Shown here piece after piece: positions 23,441 to 40,393 of a stretch of 64,000 nucleotides of DNA. Both the position numbers and the translations under genes were made by a program. Source of the DNA: Sminthopsis crassicaudata (lineage: Eukaryota). How positions within the stretch are numbered: position 1 is the first letter of the stretch; the number at the start of each line of letters is the position of its first letter. The stretch lies in assembly GCF_048593235.1 (NCBI RefSeq), contig NC_133620.1, positions 373,331,261 through 373,395,260 on the forward strand. Reading direction: 5' to 3'. The notes below the pieces were generated by a model. The model had not been told where the DNA came from. It was given only the letters and a program-made list of their open reading frames with translations, and ran no database searches.

Positions 23441-24273
23441 CATCTGCCCCTCCTAGTGATGCCACCGCCAGACACACAGGCCTCACTCACACTCAGCCCC
23501 ATCCCGCCCCTAGCTGTCATTCACAACCCCCCCTCCTACCCTAGTCTGCACAGCTCCAGGCCTCCCCACAGTGATGCCCCAGCACGCGTACAGCCCCGTT
23601 ACTCATACACCCTCCCTGCAGTGATACTGTGCCCAAACACACATCCGACCCAGTCAGTCATGCTGGCCCACCACTGTCGGATACACATGCTCAGATACAT
23701 GTCACTCATCCCCATCTACCCTTCTATAGTGACATTACAGTCAAGCCAGTGTCAACGATGGTTCCCCACTTAGTAATCCTTCCTACACACAAATTATACG
23801 GAGACTTCCACATTGGTCCTTTCCTTGGATTTAGCCATATCACAATCTAGATATAGTTAATTCCACACCCATACTACTTTAATGGTATATCCCACCTTGA
23901 CATCACTCTCACAGTAATAAACCTAAACACAATCAAATCTAAACCACAAACCACCCAGACACCCCTCCTATATATCCCTACCACCAAAGACATGTTCACA
24001 GCTTATCAATCACACCCCAACAATCATCCCTCCAAGTAACAAGATACAAAGTAACACCTATATATCCCTCCCACAGTGCTATCACACTACCACAACCATC
24101 TAGCACAAGTCTATCAGCCAGCTACACACAAGCCCAAACACAACACGCACATTCGCTTCATTCATAGGTGGGACCAGAGCTTGCTTGCTCTTTCCCAAAT
24201 CCCAAGCAGGTCCCAAAAGAATAAAAGAGGTTCTGAATTGAAAGGGAGACATATGATAAAAGAAATAATGATC

Positions 24274-24279
24274 TTTAAT
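24274..24279 (-). terminator. SHC1: Candidate SHC1 poly(A) signal ATTAAA
   Basis: ~1.36 kb past the stop codon, followed on - by a U-rich tract. Confidence 0.5.
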
Positions 24280-24499
24280 GACATTTCCCTTTGGTATAAG
24301 TGAGACCCGTGAATTGATTCAAACAAAACAAGGGTAGGAGAAAGAAATAGGAGATTAAGATACAGTCAACTCTCCATTAACCACAACTCCTTAGAAGGAT
24401 TATCTTCTATCTCTTCTGTATTCCTCCCACTGTCCAGCAACAGGTACTCAATAAATACATTGATTTAAATGCTCCTCTCTGAGGCTTATCTGCAGCAAA

Positions 24500-24730
24500 G
24501 TTAAATTCCAGCCTTTTCCTAGGCTAAGATGAGGTCTGGTTTTCAGTCTTGGCCATTTACTGTCTATGTGGCTTTCAACAATCACCTAACCTCTATGCAT
24601 TGGTTTTCTCAATTGTAAAATGGAGATAATAATGCCTATGCTACTTATCTCACAGGCTTGTCATGATGGTAAAATGATATAATAGATGAAGTCTTTGAAA
24701 AAATAAAAAAGGTGCTATATGTATAAAGAT
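24500..24730 (+). mobile_element. MIR, antisense within the inferred SHC1 3'UTR
   Basis: TTTTCTCAATTGTAAAATGGAGATAATAATGCCT...TCACAGGCTTGTCATGATGGTAAAATGATATAAT. Confidence 0.7.
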
Positions 24731-25640
24731 AACTTTTGTGCTCAAGCAAGACAAAATTAGGAAATAATTCAGTTGCAAAAACTATAACTTCCCAAACTAA
24801 ATTAAAAAAATATATATGGGAATTATCCACAGTTAGATTAACCATTACCCCTCAAATTAACGCAGAAAATTGAGAGTTGACTGTATAGAAGAACCAAACA
24901 CTGGATTCACTGTCCAACTCAAAGGAGTTGAGAGGCTACAAGGGGCTACACTTTGGCTGTAAAAGAGGACAATGTGCATGCAATGATGGGGGGAGGGGAG
25001 ATGGATATTTACGAAATGTATATACAGACCCCTGGAGTAAGGGGGCCTGGCCAGGAGGCACTCTGTGTATGTGGCAAAGGGGAGAATTGGGGACTGGACA
25101 TTCACCTCCCCTGGCCAGGAAGTTCTGGGCTAGACTCTGAGGACTAAACATCTTCTTTGATGAAGGATGAGCAACCAAATCTGCCCCTTGTCTTCCAAAT
25201 CCAGTCTGGTGGAAACAGGCTAAAGGAGGGCTGGGGGAACATGATTCTAGAGGCAGAGTATCAAACATTTCTAGCCCACAGATAAACTTTGCATAAAACT
25301 TATTTGGACCTGGCGCATGGTCAAAGGCACAAGGTTTAAACACTGGAGAAGGGATAGAATTTTGTCCCTTTGAAGAAAAATCCCATTCCACTGCAATTGT
25401 CCCTAAGATTCCTCTTTCTCGTTAGGGGGTCTTGCCAAAGTCCATGAGGCTGGTATGGGCACTAATACTCTTGTAGAAGAGAAGGATTAATCCCTCCTCC
25501 AGGACCTGAACCCAAGGATTCAGGCCAGTTACAGATATCACAGAGTGCTGCAACCATAACATTTCCCCCCAGATGGGATAAGAAAAGTGAAAGGGAGCGT
25601 CCTGGAGACTGAAAGAAGGTTGAAAACAGGATCAGGTCAG

Positions 25641-28600
25641 TTATAGCTTCCGTTCTACTGGTTGCTGAAGACACAGCTCGCTCCCTGCAGAGATGATTGG
25701 TAGGTGATTGTCCATGTGGTAGCTGATGAGGTGACTGACACTTTCGAATCGGTGATCCTTTGTCCGAACCTAGTGGCAGGTGGCAGAGGAAATTTAGACA
25801 TTGAACATTTCTAGGGGTTTTTTTGTTAGGAGGAGGGGAAGAGGAAGGTGATTAGATGGATGGTTGAATTAAGATGAAGCATTCAGCTCTCAAAGACTGA
25901 AGAATCTAAGTCATTTAGGAAAAGAGGGAGAATTGTTAGGAAGAGAAGAGTGAAGAAATTGGGATGTTAAGTAGGAAAGGACAAAAAGAATGAAGAAAAT
26001 ACTTAAGACTAAGGAAGTCCTGGGTATCAAGCCATTATTATTGAGGAATCCTGGTTCTTCTTAAAAGAAAGATTACTTTAGAACAGAAGTAAAGAGGAGG
26101 GACATATCTATAGGGCAAACAAAGGCCTGAAATCATTATCTATGAAATAAATTGATAAGCGAGGGTAAAGATAAAGATAATTATTGGCAGAATGGAGGGA
26201 TTTACTTTACTCTCCAAAGAGAGTAGAGAAGGAAAAGAAGAGGGAATAGGTAAATATGGGAGTAAAATGATTAACAGTTCTAGAGGAGAATAGCTTAAAG
26301 GCATATTTGTACTTCTGCCTGGTCTAAGGATTGTGTAGAATTGTGCCAGGTGAATTTCTGGCAAAGAGAGTTTACATGGGAAGAGATGCATGGGATGCAA
26401 GAAGAACCATGAAGAAAAAAACATTGGATTTGAAAGTTAAGAGACTTTGCCTCTGTCGCTAACTAGCTACATGACCTTTATTTTATTTAGCCTCTTGCCC
26501 TTTCCAGTACCAGTTCCTTTATCTGTAGTAATAAGAATAACAATTGCTAATTTAATAACATGTGACATGCATTTTTTTTTTCTTGTTTTTCGAATTGGGG
26601 AAAAGGGGAATATGGAAGAGGAGTGAATGAAAAACTAAAACCAAAATAAAATTGAATGTAAAAAATAAAAGTTTCTCTCAATTTCAACATTCTAATATTC
26701 TTTGGCTTTTAAGTGGATATAAACTAGAGGAACAGATTTGTGTGTTAGGCCTAGGAGTCTTGTTGGGTTTGGACCAAAAAACACCTCCTAGTTGATAGAG
26801 CTGATAGAGCTGGTCTTAGAAATAAATAGTGGGAAGAAGTAGGAATTAGGCCACCTGCAAGGGGAAAGGTGATAGAAGAAACAATTGCAAAGAGAAAAAA
26901 GGTTTCAGGATGGTGACAGAAGGCCAGACCTCATCCACACCCATACACACATCCAGGAGCTTACCACGCCTTCAGGATCAACAAGCAGCAAATGTTTAGG
27001 CTGGCCACTCTGTAGGCCAGTAAGGACATACTGGCCTGGGGTGGTCGTACTCTCTCGAACCAGAAAATCCCCATTGAGCCTCAGCTGCCCTTCAGCCTCC
27101 CGCCTACTCAACTTCCCATGGAACCAAGGCTCCCCTCGGAGCTGCTCCGCCATTGCTGTTGTAGGGGCAGGTGGGGGGACCCGAAGCGCATCTTCAAATG
27201 GCTCTGAGGGAGTAAAGGCAAGTCAGGGTAAAGACAAGAGGCAATATGTGCTTTTTTTCACCAGTGGGACTCAGAGTAGACACAAAACAGACCTACCCCA
27301 AAGCCCACTACTATGAGGTGACAAAAGAAGGTAACTGTGAAGCAAAGCAGCAGCCAAGATGGAAAAGATGGGAAAAGAGAAACTGAGGGGAGGGGTAGGG
27401 TGGGTTGGGTAAGAGAGAGGAAGACAAGCAGGAAAAACATAAAAAATAAAGCAAGGGGGAAAAAAAGAGTACTACTTACTCATGTCAAAGAGGTCACGTG
27501 GAGCACTACCATTGGTAGTAGGGTTGGAAGAAATACCAGCCCCTTGCCGGACTTTTTCCAGGTTCTGAACATTGACATAGGAGGGATCATCAAATAGTTC
27601 TCTACCTGCCAAAGGAAGAGGAGTTTGCCAGAATCCCAGAGTCTGTAACCTTGTAAACTCCCCCCCCCCCCCCCGGACCTTCCCTTTCTGCAGACCTGGC
27701 CCAGGAGTAGGGAGCTGTTTCCGGCCCTCATAGTCACCGCCAGCGATCTGTCCAACGGGCTAGGTGGGGGCAAACACAGCATGAGAATTGCAGACACTTT
27801 TGGGCTAGTCCAGCCTACAGGCCCAAGCTGACCTTCCTGCTCAGTCTTAGCAACATACCAAAGTGGCTCCAAGGTGGCTGGCAGCCTGAGAGCTAGGGGG
27901 GGCTGGAAGAGGAAGTCTCATGTCTACCACTCCCCCGAGAGGGGGCTCCTTCCCTGGGAAGTCATTGTAGTACTGATGGTCAGGGGGCTCTTCTTCCTCC
28001 TCATCCCAAGCCGAGCCATCGAAGCCAGCCATCCTGGGAGAAAAGAAAGAAAAAGAAGGCTCCTTCACTTCCCAGTCCTGGCCCAGACTGGTCTGCAGAC
28101 AGTACATATCAGCCAGAAGAGATTCTGCTTTTTAGCTGGTCAAAGTGGGGCAGCAGCCAGAAGTGTCGCAGCTTTAGCTCTCTCAGGGATCCAGGAGACC
28201 ACCAGAAGAGGAGACTAAAGCACAGAGAAGGTATTTGTTCTCACTCTAGTCAGTCTCAGAGGCAGATTTTGGACTAGAGCCTTTCTGACTCCAAGTCCAG
28301 CACTCTACCCATTTTCTCCTGCTAATCTGGTCTAAAGGAAGTGAGGTGACCCTATAGACAGAACACTGGTCCTAGAATCAAGACCACTTTATTACTAGCC
28401 AAGTGACACTGGACAAGTCACAACTTCTGTCTGCAAAGCACTTAACTCAAAGGGCTGTTGTGTAAGGATTCAATGAGACATTCATGTAAAAGGTTTTGCA
28501 AACCTTAAAAAGAGTTTTATACTAGCAAAATAGCTAGCTACTGACTGACCAGAAGTTAGGGGCACAGGATCTGGGAAAAAAGGGGGACAGCCTAGACTAA

Positions 28601-31600
28601 AGTGACCCATCTTTCCAAAGAAGGAACACTGTAGTATCAGGGCTAGAGATTAGACTCCAGGAAAGAATTCTCAGGAGGGCAGTAGAAAACAAGGCAGTGA
28701 GGACACGGGGCTACAGAAGGGACACCTCTACTGCACGGAAACACTGACTTTCTTACAATGTACCACTTCTCACCATTTGATTCACTAGCTCCTCTTCATC
28801 CCCTACCCAACTGTTAATGATTTCTCCTCCAATTTAATTAATAGTCATTGAATTGTTGAAATATTGTATTCTCCCAAATAGAATGGAAGCTATCACAATC
28901 AGGATGAGGAACTATTGATTTTGGGGGTCTTTTTATCCCCATTCATTAGCATCGTATTTTGCAGAGTAGGAGCTTCAAAAAGGCTTGCAGCACTGGATGA
29001 GATAATTTGGGTTTTGAAGAAATTTCTGAAGTTTTCTTTCCTCTAGGGAATATTTCCACCCCAATGCCCACATCCCTAGCCTTCATCCTACCTGTCGTGG
29101 GGAGTGACAAGCTTCGGTGGGTTCCTGAGGTATTGTTTGAAGCGCAGCTCAAAAGCCTGGCCAATGGTGCTGATGACATCCTGTGCTAGTCCTTCTGGAC
29201 ACTCCAGGATGTGGCAGGCTATGGGCACAGCAGGCATTGTCCTTATAAGCAACAAGTATGGGGCTGGGGATGTTCAGGCACTAGCCCGGCCATCCCAGGC
29301 CCCTTGGAAAAAGCCACCCACTGGGCAAGAGAAGCTCAAAATTCCCTCAAGGGCCACAGAAAACTAATAACCAGGGATCCATTCTTCATTCTTATCAATG
29401 GATAGGTGTTTCCCTGACCCATCCCATGATATTCCTTCTTACCTCTCTGGTTGACAGGATCTTTGGCAACATAGGCAACATACTCTGCAGTGTCCTAGGG
29501 GATCAGTCGGGCAAAATCAGCCAGCTTAGCTTTGTCATCTCCCCCACCAACCCCTGAAAATCTCTTAATCCGCCTACATACTTCCATCCAAACATTATAG
29601 GCCATCCCAATTCAGTCACTCTACTTTTCCCTACCCACCATCCCTTTTTACCACAACTTACTGGATCTCCACCGGATGCAAATGAGATTGACTGCATGTG
29701 GTGATTGGCAATGATCTGAGGGTTCAGGGTGGTGGGACACAGTGTTAGCAAGTCCACTTTGACCCATGTTCTTCACCCCTTAGGATTCTCTTCCTTCCTA
29801 CCTCCCTTATTCCCTCCCATTCCAATTCTTGGTCCCTTCCACCAGGACCCCTTAACTACCTCCATCCAGATACTCAGTTTTCCCCTCATTTCTTCCCCCT
29901 GTGTTTCAATCATTTTCCTTCATTGGCCAAACTGTTTCCCTTTCCGTAAGGATCACCCCTCCCCACTTCCCAGTCCCAACCAACCTGTTTACAATCTGCA
30001 GCCATGAGGTTGAGACTGCTGGTAGAAACAGTTAGGGTAATGGGCATGCCAGCAAACTTTAGATTACTCCTCCCCAGTATGGAGCCGAGTGGGCGGCTAC
30101 AGGGCTAAGAGAGGATCCACAGAAAATTGGGGGGTTAAGGGTCACAGGCCTAGGACTGAAGACCCAGTTTCTATAACCAGAAAACCATTTCCCTCCTTCC
30201 CCCTCTGCCCTTTCAATCCTTCCAACATCCCTTACCTCTCTCCTCCCATCTACTACTCTCCCATGATAATGCTCCCCAGGTACCTTTCTCCTCCGTGCAG
30301 CCCCCTTGGCCCCGGGCACAGCCTCACACACCAGACTGATGGCTTCCCTAAGAAGACAAAGACTTACTCAGAAGCAAAGATTTCCCGGGGCCCCAACATA
30401 AGTCTAAGGGAGGGAAAGCCAGGGACAGACTCCAGGGGCACTCTGAGCTCTTTGTAGTGGCTGATTGAATTAAGGGCCTTTAATATTTGATGATACTAAG
30501 GAGCTGCTTGCTGGCTGATTGGATTAGGGCCTCTGGGCCCAGTGATGGACCCAGTCACTTCCCCTTAACCTCAATCCTTCTAGTCACCAAATACTAATTT
30601 TCCCTGAAACCATGCCCCCACCCTTCGGTATCTTTGTATTTCTAAGGCTTGGCACACGGGAAGCCATGACCAACACTAATTGATTCAGGAACTGCTCCTG
30701 CTCCATTCCAAGGCTAGATAGGTGAAGAGGAACCCAGATCTTTGAATGGGCTGCCCTGAGTACTCCATTCCTCAGTAATTATGCTCCTTCTGTGCTATCA
30801 TGACCACATGTCCCCACATGTCCCCATCTGGTCCCAATGCTGAATTCCATCACCCATAACCCAGACAAACCCAACTCACCTGGTGACCTGGGTACGAGTA
30901 CTGAAATCCAAAGCCCGCATTGACTGGAGGACCTCCACACAACCCATGTACTGAGGGAGGAGAAAAGTGGAGTATTTGACCACTGCCAACTACTACCAGC
31001 AATACAGTCAACACCCATACACACAAAAGATATGCTGCCTCCCCCCACCCAAACCTTTCAGGATTTTCTCTTATATTAATTACAGAATATAAATGCCTAC
31101 CCAATGACCCTGCTTGGTACCTGAGTATGGAACACCCCTATGTCCCAGTGTAGAAGAGAACAGGTTAGGAAAACAATCTATGTAAAGTAATAGGGAAAGA
31201 CAATCTTTAGGTACTGGGAAGAGAAGACTAGAATGATATGAAGAGGAAGAAAATAGGAAATAGGAATGTTTGCAGAAGAATTAGGAGAAAAAAAAAAAAA
31301 AAAAAAAGGGAACCAGAAAGGAATGGTGAAAGCATCTGGGGCAGGAGATAGGATGAAAAATAAACTATGGAGGGCTAATGTACCTGGAGAGACAATCTGA
31401 TAGAGGAAGAAAACACAAAATCTAGTTCAATAAAGAACTTGAAAGGATCTCAGGTAAAAGAGGGCTGGGTAGGGGTAAGGGAAGGAGTATTTAGAAGTAC
31501 AGATATACTCACTCACCCGAACAAGGTAGGAAACCCCAGGTCCCATGACCTTTTCGTTGGGATGCAACCAACCCCGAGTTGGCTTGTTGACAAAGCTTCC

Positions 31601-32005
31601 GTGACGAGTCCACTCCTCACCCCCCAGCTGGCCCCCTTCCACCCGAGTCCTCCGCCCGCCGCTCAGTTTGTTCATGTCCTGGAGAAGAGGTGAAGGACCT
31701 GAGTCTGGCCCAGCCCCCCCTGCATTTCTTTCCCTCTCCTCAAGTCCCTGACCTGACTCTTCAGAGGGCCCCAGTCGCCCCCCAGTTGGATTGGCTAGCT
31801 TCAAATTGCTCATCCGAGGGAAAAAAGAGCAAAGGGTTGTAGGACTATCATCTCCTAGCACAGGGGACAAAATGGGTCCCAGGGAAGAGGCAGATGGAGA
31901 GGACAGCTCCCCAGGGGATAAGGGTCCCAGAGTCCCCTCTTCCAGTGATGATAGAGATTCATTCCGAAGAGGGTTGTACTTGGGTTTGGGGGGCAGGAGA
32001 TCCAT
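25641..32005 (-). CDS. SHC1: SHC adaptor protein 1: p66Shc 569 aa; p52 ATG at 31675, p46 ATG at 31546
   Basis: complement(join(25641..25769,26965..27203,27480..27605,27696..27759,27859..28033,29092..29218,29443..29494,29662..29715,29985..30104,30284..30347,30880..30950,31517..32005)); 1710 nt, all GT-AG. CH2 [17 protein letters not shown] with S36-P; PTB YMGCVEV...CHILEC; CH1 YYNDFPG and YVNV; SH2 [12 protein letters not shown]...GDFLVRES...[10 protein letters not shown]. Confidence 0.98.
25810..26680. mobile_element. L2 relic (~25810-26330, -) and short L1-tail-like piece (~26570-26680) in the last SHC1 intron
   Basis: Purine-rich L2-antisense text; GGGGAAAAGGGGAAT...AAAATAAAATTGAAT resembles an L1 3' end. 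Confidence 0.4.
28230..28520. mobile_element. Adjacent MIR relics in a SHC1 intron
   Basis: TTTCTGACTCCAAGTCCAGCACTCT (-); GTGACACTGGACAAGTCAC...GGGCTGTTGTGTAAGGATTCAATGAGA (+). Confidence 0.6.
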
Positions 32006-32284
32006 GGCTGAAGAGGGAAGGAAGTTGCTGTCCAGCCCGGCCCTCCCCCCAGTCAGGGTAAGGGGGCCGGGCCGGGGGCATTCCCAGGCCCTTAGTTTGC
32101 TCCGAAAGATACAGACAGGTAGTCACAGAGTCCTTGCAGGGAAGACCTCCATTCCCCCCAGCTCAGACCCAGACAAGCCCTGGCTCCAACCCCGCCTAGC
32201 ATGAAGCCTCTTCTCTGACTGTAGAAGACAGAGCTAGACCAGGAGCAGTTGGGCTCCTCCCCAGAGGAGGAGAGCTGCTAAGTG

Positions 32285-32320
32285 AAGGCCAATCAGGAAG
32301 TCAGTGCTGACTCACAGGCA
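32285..32320 (-). promoter_or_regulatory. SHC1: p66Shc internal promoter module: CCAAT, ETS and ARE/MARE
   Basis: CCAAT 32289, CAGGAAGT 32294-32301, TGCTGACTCAC 32305-32315 (reverse complement GTGAGTCAGCA = NRF2/Maf ARE consensus), ~300 bp upstream of the p66 ATG. Confidence 0.6.
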
Positions 32321-35300
32321 CAGAAGAGGCAGAGCCCCCCACTTCTACCCCACCCAAGGCCTCAAATCCGAAGGGAGGGAATCTCTATGGCCCTCCCACT
32401 TCCACATACCCAACCCCTCCTCCCAACTGGGCACAATCGGGAATGGGGAAAAGGGAAGAGATGATGAGAAGGGAGAATAGATCTCAAAGTCTAATGCCTG
32501 ACACTGGGAAGGGAGGAGGGGAAGGCAGGAAGTCAGGGCACAGTGGGGAGGGAAACAGAGAGATAGGAAAAGGGGACAATCCTGACCGACTTCCCTTTCC
32601 CACCCCAGTTTAACGTCCTGGCCACCTTGTCTTCAAGCCCCTTGCCTCCGCTTGGCCTGGGGAGAAGATCCCCAGGGAACCTCAAGGCCATTAGCTAAAA
32701 TGGCCACAACAGCTGGTGACAGAGTAGAAAGGAAATCTCTCTTCTCTGCCTGGAAGGAAAGATAGATATTGCACAGCGTTGCTAAGCGAAAGGGCAGGAT
32801 GAGCAGAGCCCAGAGGGCTACAAGAATGAGGGAGCCAGGCCAAAACGGGGCCTCGGGACAGCCAGCCCCACAAGGCTCCAGAAGGGGAGCGTGGGAATGT
32901 AGGAGAGGAAGGCGGCTGAGACGTGTCTCATTCCTCTTTTTAACCTTTCAACCTGACACAGGGGAACTGAGCCAGCCCGAGTTCTAACCCACCTGTACTA
33001 CACCGTGCATGATGGGGAAACACAAGTGATGGTGAAACCAAGGGGACAACACTTGGAAAGTGGGAAGATTCTGCTACTCCCTCTTCCAGGTTATTAACCT
33101 AATAACTCAAAGCCCCAAGTCAGAAGACTAGATACTGAACTACCCAACAATTCTCCTGAGTAAATTTCAACTAACCTACAGGACTGCTTTACCTCTACAT
33201 TGGGGCACTTACCCATTCCATGAGGATCACAGGGAAGAAAAATTACTGGTCATCAGATCCTAATCATGCTAATAGAGCTCTAAGCTATGACCCCATCGTT
33301 AAAGAGTCTTTTATACTCCTCCCCATAGCCACTAGGTACTGGGAGTAAGAGCAGATTTAAAAGCAAAAGGGATTCGTGGCACACAGAGGGGGTGTGTGCA
33401 TACCTATGTGTGAGTGCGAAGTTGCTGGTTCCCTCCCAGTGATCCTTAAGTCTAGCCCCGTTCTGAAAAAAGACTCTTCTCCAACCCCCACAATCATGTT
33501 CTAACCATACAGAAAAGGGGAGTTTGGGGGGGAGTCAGGTTTGAATCTGGACACAGGAAACGGTCCAAGACCCATTTCCTCCACCCACAAGTTCCTGACT
33601 TCCTGCCAAATCAAATGGAGGAGAGGGCAGAAATTCCTATAAAAGTAGACAACAAAAAAGATTAGAGGGACTAAATTCAAAATTGAGCCTCAGGTACATT
33701 CCTTGCCTAGGGAGAGAAAAGCTTTCTTTCATCTCTTAGCCAAAATTTGTATGGTTGAGTACCAGGGCTTAAATTCCTCTTCTACTTGGCATCTGTGACT
33801 TTAGGCAACCTCACTAGGTCTCAGACCTGACATCTATAAAATAAGTAGAGGGGAGAAGGGTTGGCCTAGCTGACCTCCCCCAGCTAATCTATCAAATCTA
33901 TGATCTGATTAAATGGGGGAAGGGAGAGTAGATGGAAGTGTCTGTTTCAACCCATCGTTCCTAAAACACTGGGAAAAATGTATCATCCCCATCTCTTCCC
34001 TTTTGCCAAGCTCAGTTCACAGAAAAAGGAAGACCCAAAAGATCATTAGCCATGTATCTTACAGACCATGCCACGATTGCTGTACTACCTACAAGATACT
34101 CATTTTCTCATAGCTTTCTCAATAAGAAAATAGTGAGCTACTTGAAAGGGTTTATTTGGAAAAGAATGTGGAAGAAATTCAGTTCCAGAGAGCTAAAAAT
34201 TAGATGACTTTCAGTGGTTTGGGGTGGGGGTGGGAAACGTTTGCTTTCTCTGCCCAGGGGGAGGAGGGAAAGGAGGAGAGTACTGTGGCAGGAAGCAGCC
34301 GGAAACAGCAAAAGCCTCAGGAATGTTTCCTGGACTGAAGGTTAGGCAGGCAGTGAAAAGATGGGGAATACCCAGACAAGAAAGCGGGAGTGGGGGTTGG
34401 GGTAAAGTCTCTAAAGCCAGAGGGACAAAACAACCCCCCACCTCCCAACTCCAAAATGCACTACATCTATGGGGAAGGTGGGGGGCAGTTACCCATTTCA
34501 CAACCCCATTCTACACACCAGGGAGTCCATGGCCCAGCCCAGCTCCTGAGGTACAGGTACGACATGCAGCTGTTTCTGGGGTGGAGCCGGTCCTGGGAAG
34601 GGAAACTCAGGGAGTAGATCCGGGAACTTAGGAGGGATTTCCCAGCCCATTTCAGGTCACCCCACACCCAAGAATAAAATTAAGGCCCCAGGGGGAGGCA
34701 GAGGGCAGCCAGCCTTCCGTCCCCCAGATCGAAGTCAGGGATAGACAACTAGAGCGGGCCTTTGGTTTAGGTTGGGAAACTTAAGATAACTCCTGTAATA
34801 CTCAATGCTAATGCAATCCTGTCACTGAACTCTGACTGCTTCCTCAGGTGCAGAATGAACTGAGAAAACTTGCACTGCTTTTCTCACGGGAGTTTTCGGG
34901 GACCTCAGTCTATTTAAATGACGACCTACACATGGGCTGGAGGTGGAGGGACCGGGACGGTTAGAAAGCCTGGGCCCACGGAGGGACTGTGTGTGACTGG
35001 GGAGGGAGGCTGGCCTGTCGGTCACCGTGGACATTCTCGGAACTCTCTATCTCTTGGAAGGCGCTGCTGCAGGGCAGGGACCGGCCGTGCGAAATACTTC
35101 CCGGTCCGCACTTCCAAGCTCAGTGTTTCTCCGCTTCTCGTCCGTTCTTATCTTACAGCCAAATGAACCAGCTGGGTCTTCTGGCCCCAACACCCCCTCT
35201 CCCGCTCTGCATCCATAAAATGCCTGCTGCCCTTTAAATCTCGCCCAAGAGCCCCGACCTCGGGGAAGTCTGTCCCGACCCCGCTGCCCGCGGAAACTCC

Positions 35301-35989
35301 CCTCGCGAGAGTCACTTGATACACAATTTTAACTTCTGTCTGCGAGTTGTCTCCTCCGCGAGAAGCAAGCTCCCGGGAGGCTCACAAGCGCTGTGGCGGG
35401 CACACAGGAGATGCTTCACATACATTTATTGACTTAAATGGAAAAGGGGCCAGGGGAAAGATAGAGATGAGGTGTAAAGAGGGGTTATGGCCAAATGAAG
35501 GGCAGAGCTCCCCAGAATTCTAAGGAGAGGCAGCTGAGGAAATGGGCTGGGGGCCCCCTAGGCCAGAGCCGTTACAAGGCCCAGTCCTAAAGAACTCCTG
35601 GAGGGCCTGCTTGGGGGGCGGGCGGCCCAGGGAAGATTCAGATTAAAGAGGGCGTGGTTTCTGGGTTGGGGGATGCGGGAGGCAGAGCTCTCCAGAAATG
35701 CGGGCGGGAAGAAAATCCAGGGAGGGGGGAAGATTTAGGAAAGTGATCACTTTTGAGGGGTTCGGGGAGCCCCTGAATCAGGGGCTGGACTTCCGGGGAT
35801 GGGGTCCCAGAAGGCGGGACTTATGCATGGTTGGCCGGAAGTGGGATTCCAGGGGATTGGGGGTGAGGGGAAAGAATATTAAAGATTACTAAAATTCCAT
35901 ACTCACCAGGGCCGCATGGGGTCTCCGCTCCGCGCCGCGGGCCGGTCTCACTCCGGTTCTAGCGGACGCAGCTTCTTCAAGTAGACGCT

Positions 35990-39927
<3,938 letters not shown>

Positions 39928-40387
39928 AAGAACATACCACTTCTTTTCCAAGCTGTACATAGCTGTCCTTATCTGCTAACATCTTTCTGCTAATAGTGTT
40001 GCCTTCTTGTTTCTCACTTGGGATATTTAAGGGATGTTTAATACACTGTTTAAAAGTGCTGGTGACTCTCTTGTTTCTTGAGCAAAGCTGACATCACCAC
40101 CACCACCAACCCCCCCATCGGGTGCTCTGATGAATGTAACTTCAGCTGATCTTTGCCTCCAAAAGGCAAGCTCTGTATCAAGCTGAACACATTGGGTATA
40201 TGGACAAAGTATCAAGAGTGACTGAAGACTCATCACTGCTTAGTTGTGGGCCTTGTATAATTGTTGCTATTTGTGTTTGTTTTTTCTCTGCCAAGTTGTG
40301 TGCAAAGTGACTTAATGGATTTATATTTTCATTTGTTGGAAACTTTCCATTTTATTCAAGAAATGTCTGTTCTGTTTAAATCCCTTG

Positions 40388-40393
40388 AATAAA
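40388..40393 (+). terminator. CKS1B: CKS1B poly(A) signal AATAAA
   Basis: ~460 nt after the stop codon, followed by a T-rich sequence. Confidence 0.75.

Noticed and set aside
24450-24455. AATAAA on + suggesting an antisense gene end
   Set aside because: It sits in CAGGTACTCAATAAAT, the typical L2/MIR-type tail.
27602-27607. AG|GTAGAG at a SHC1 acceptor as a recursive splice site or alternative acceptor
   Set aside because: The intron is only ~90 nt, and the alternative AG would shift frame by 4 nt. The normal junction gives the expected [13 protein letters not shown].
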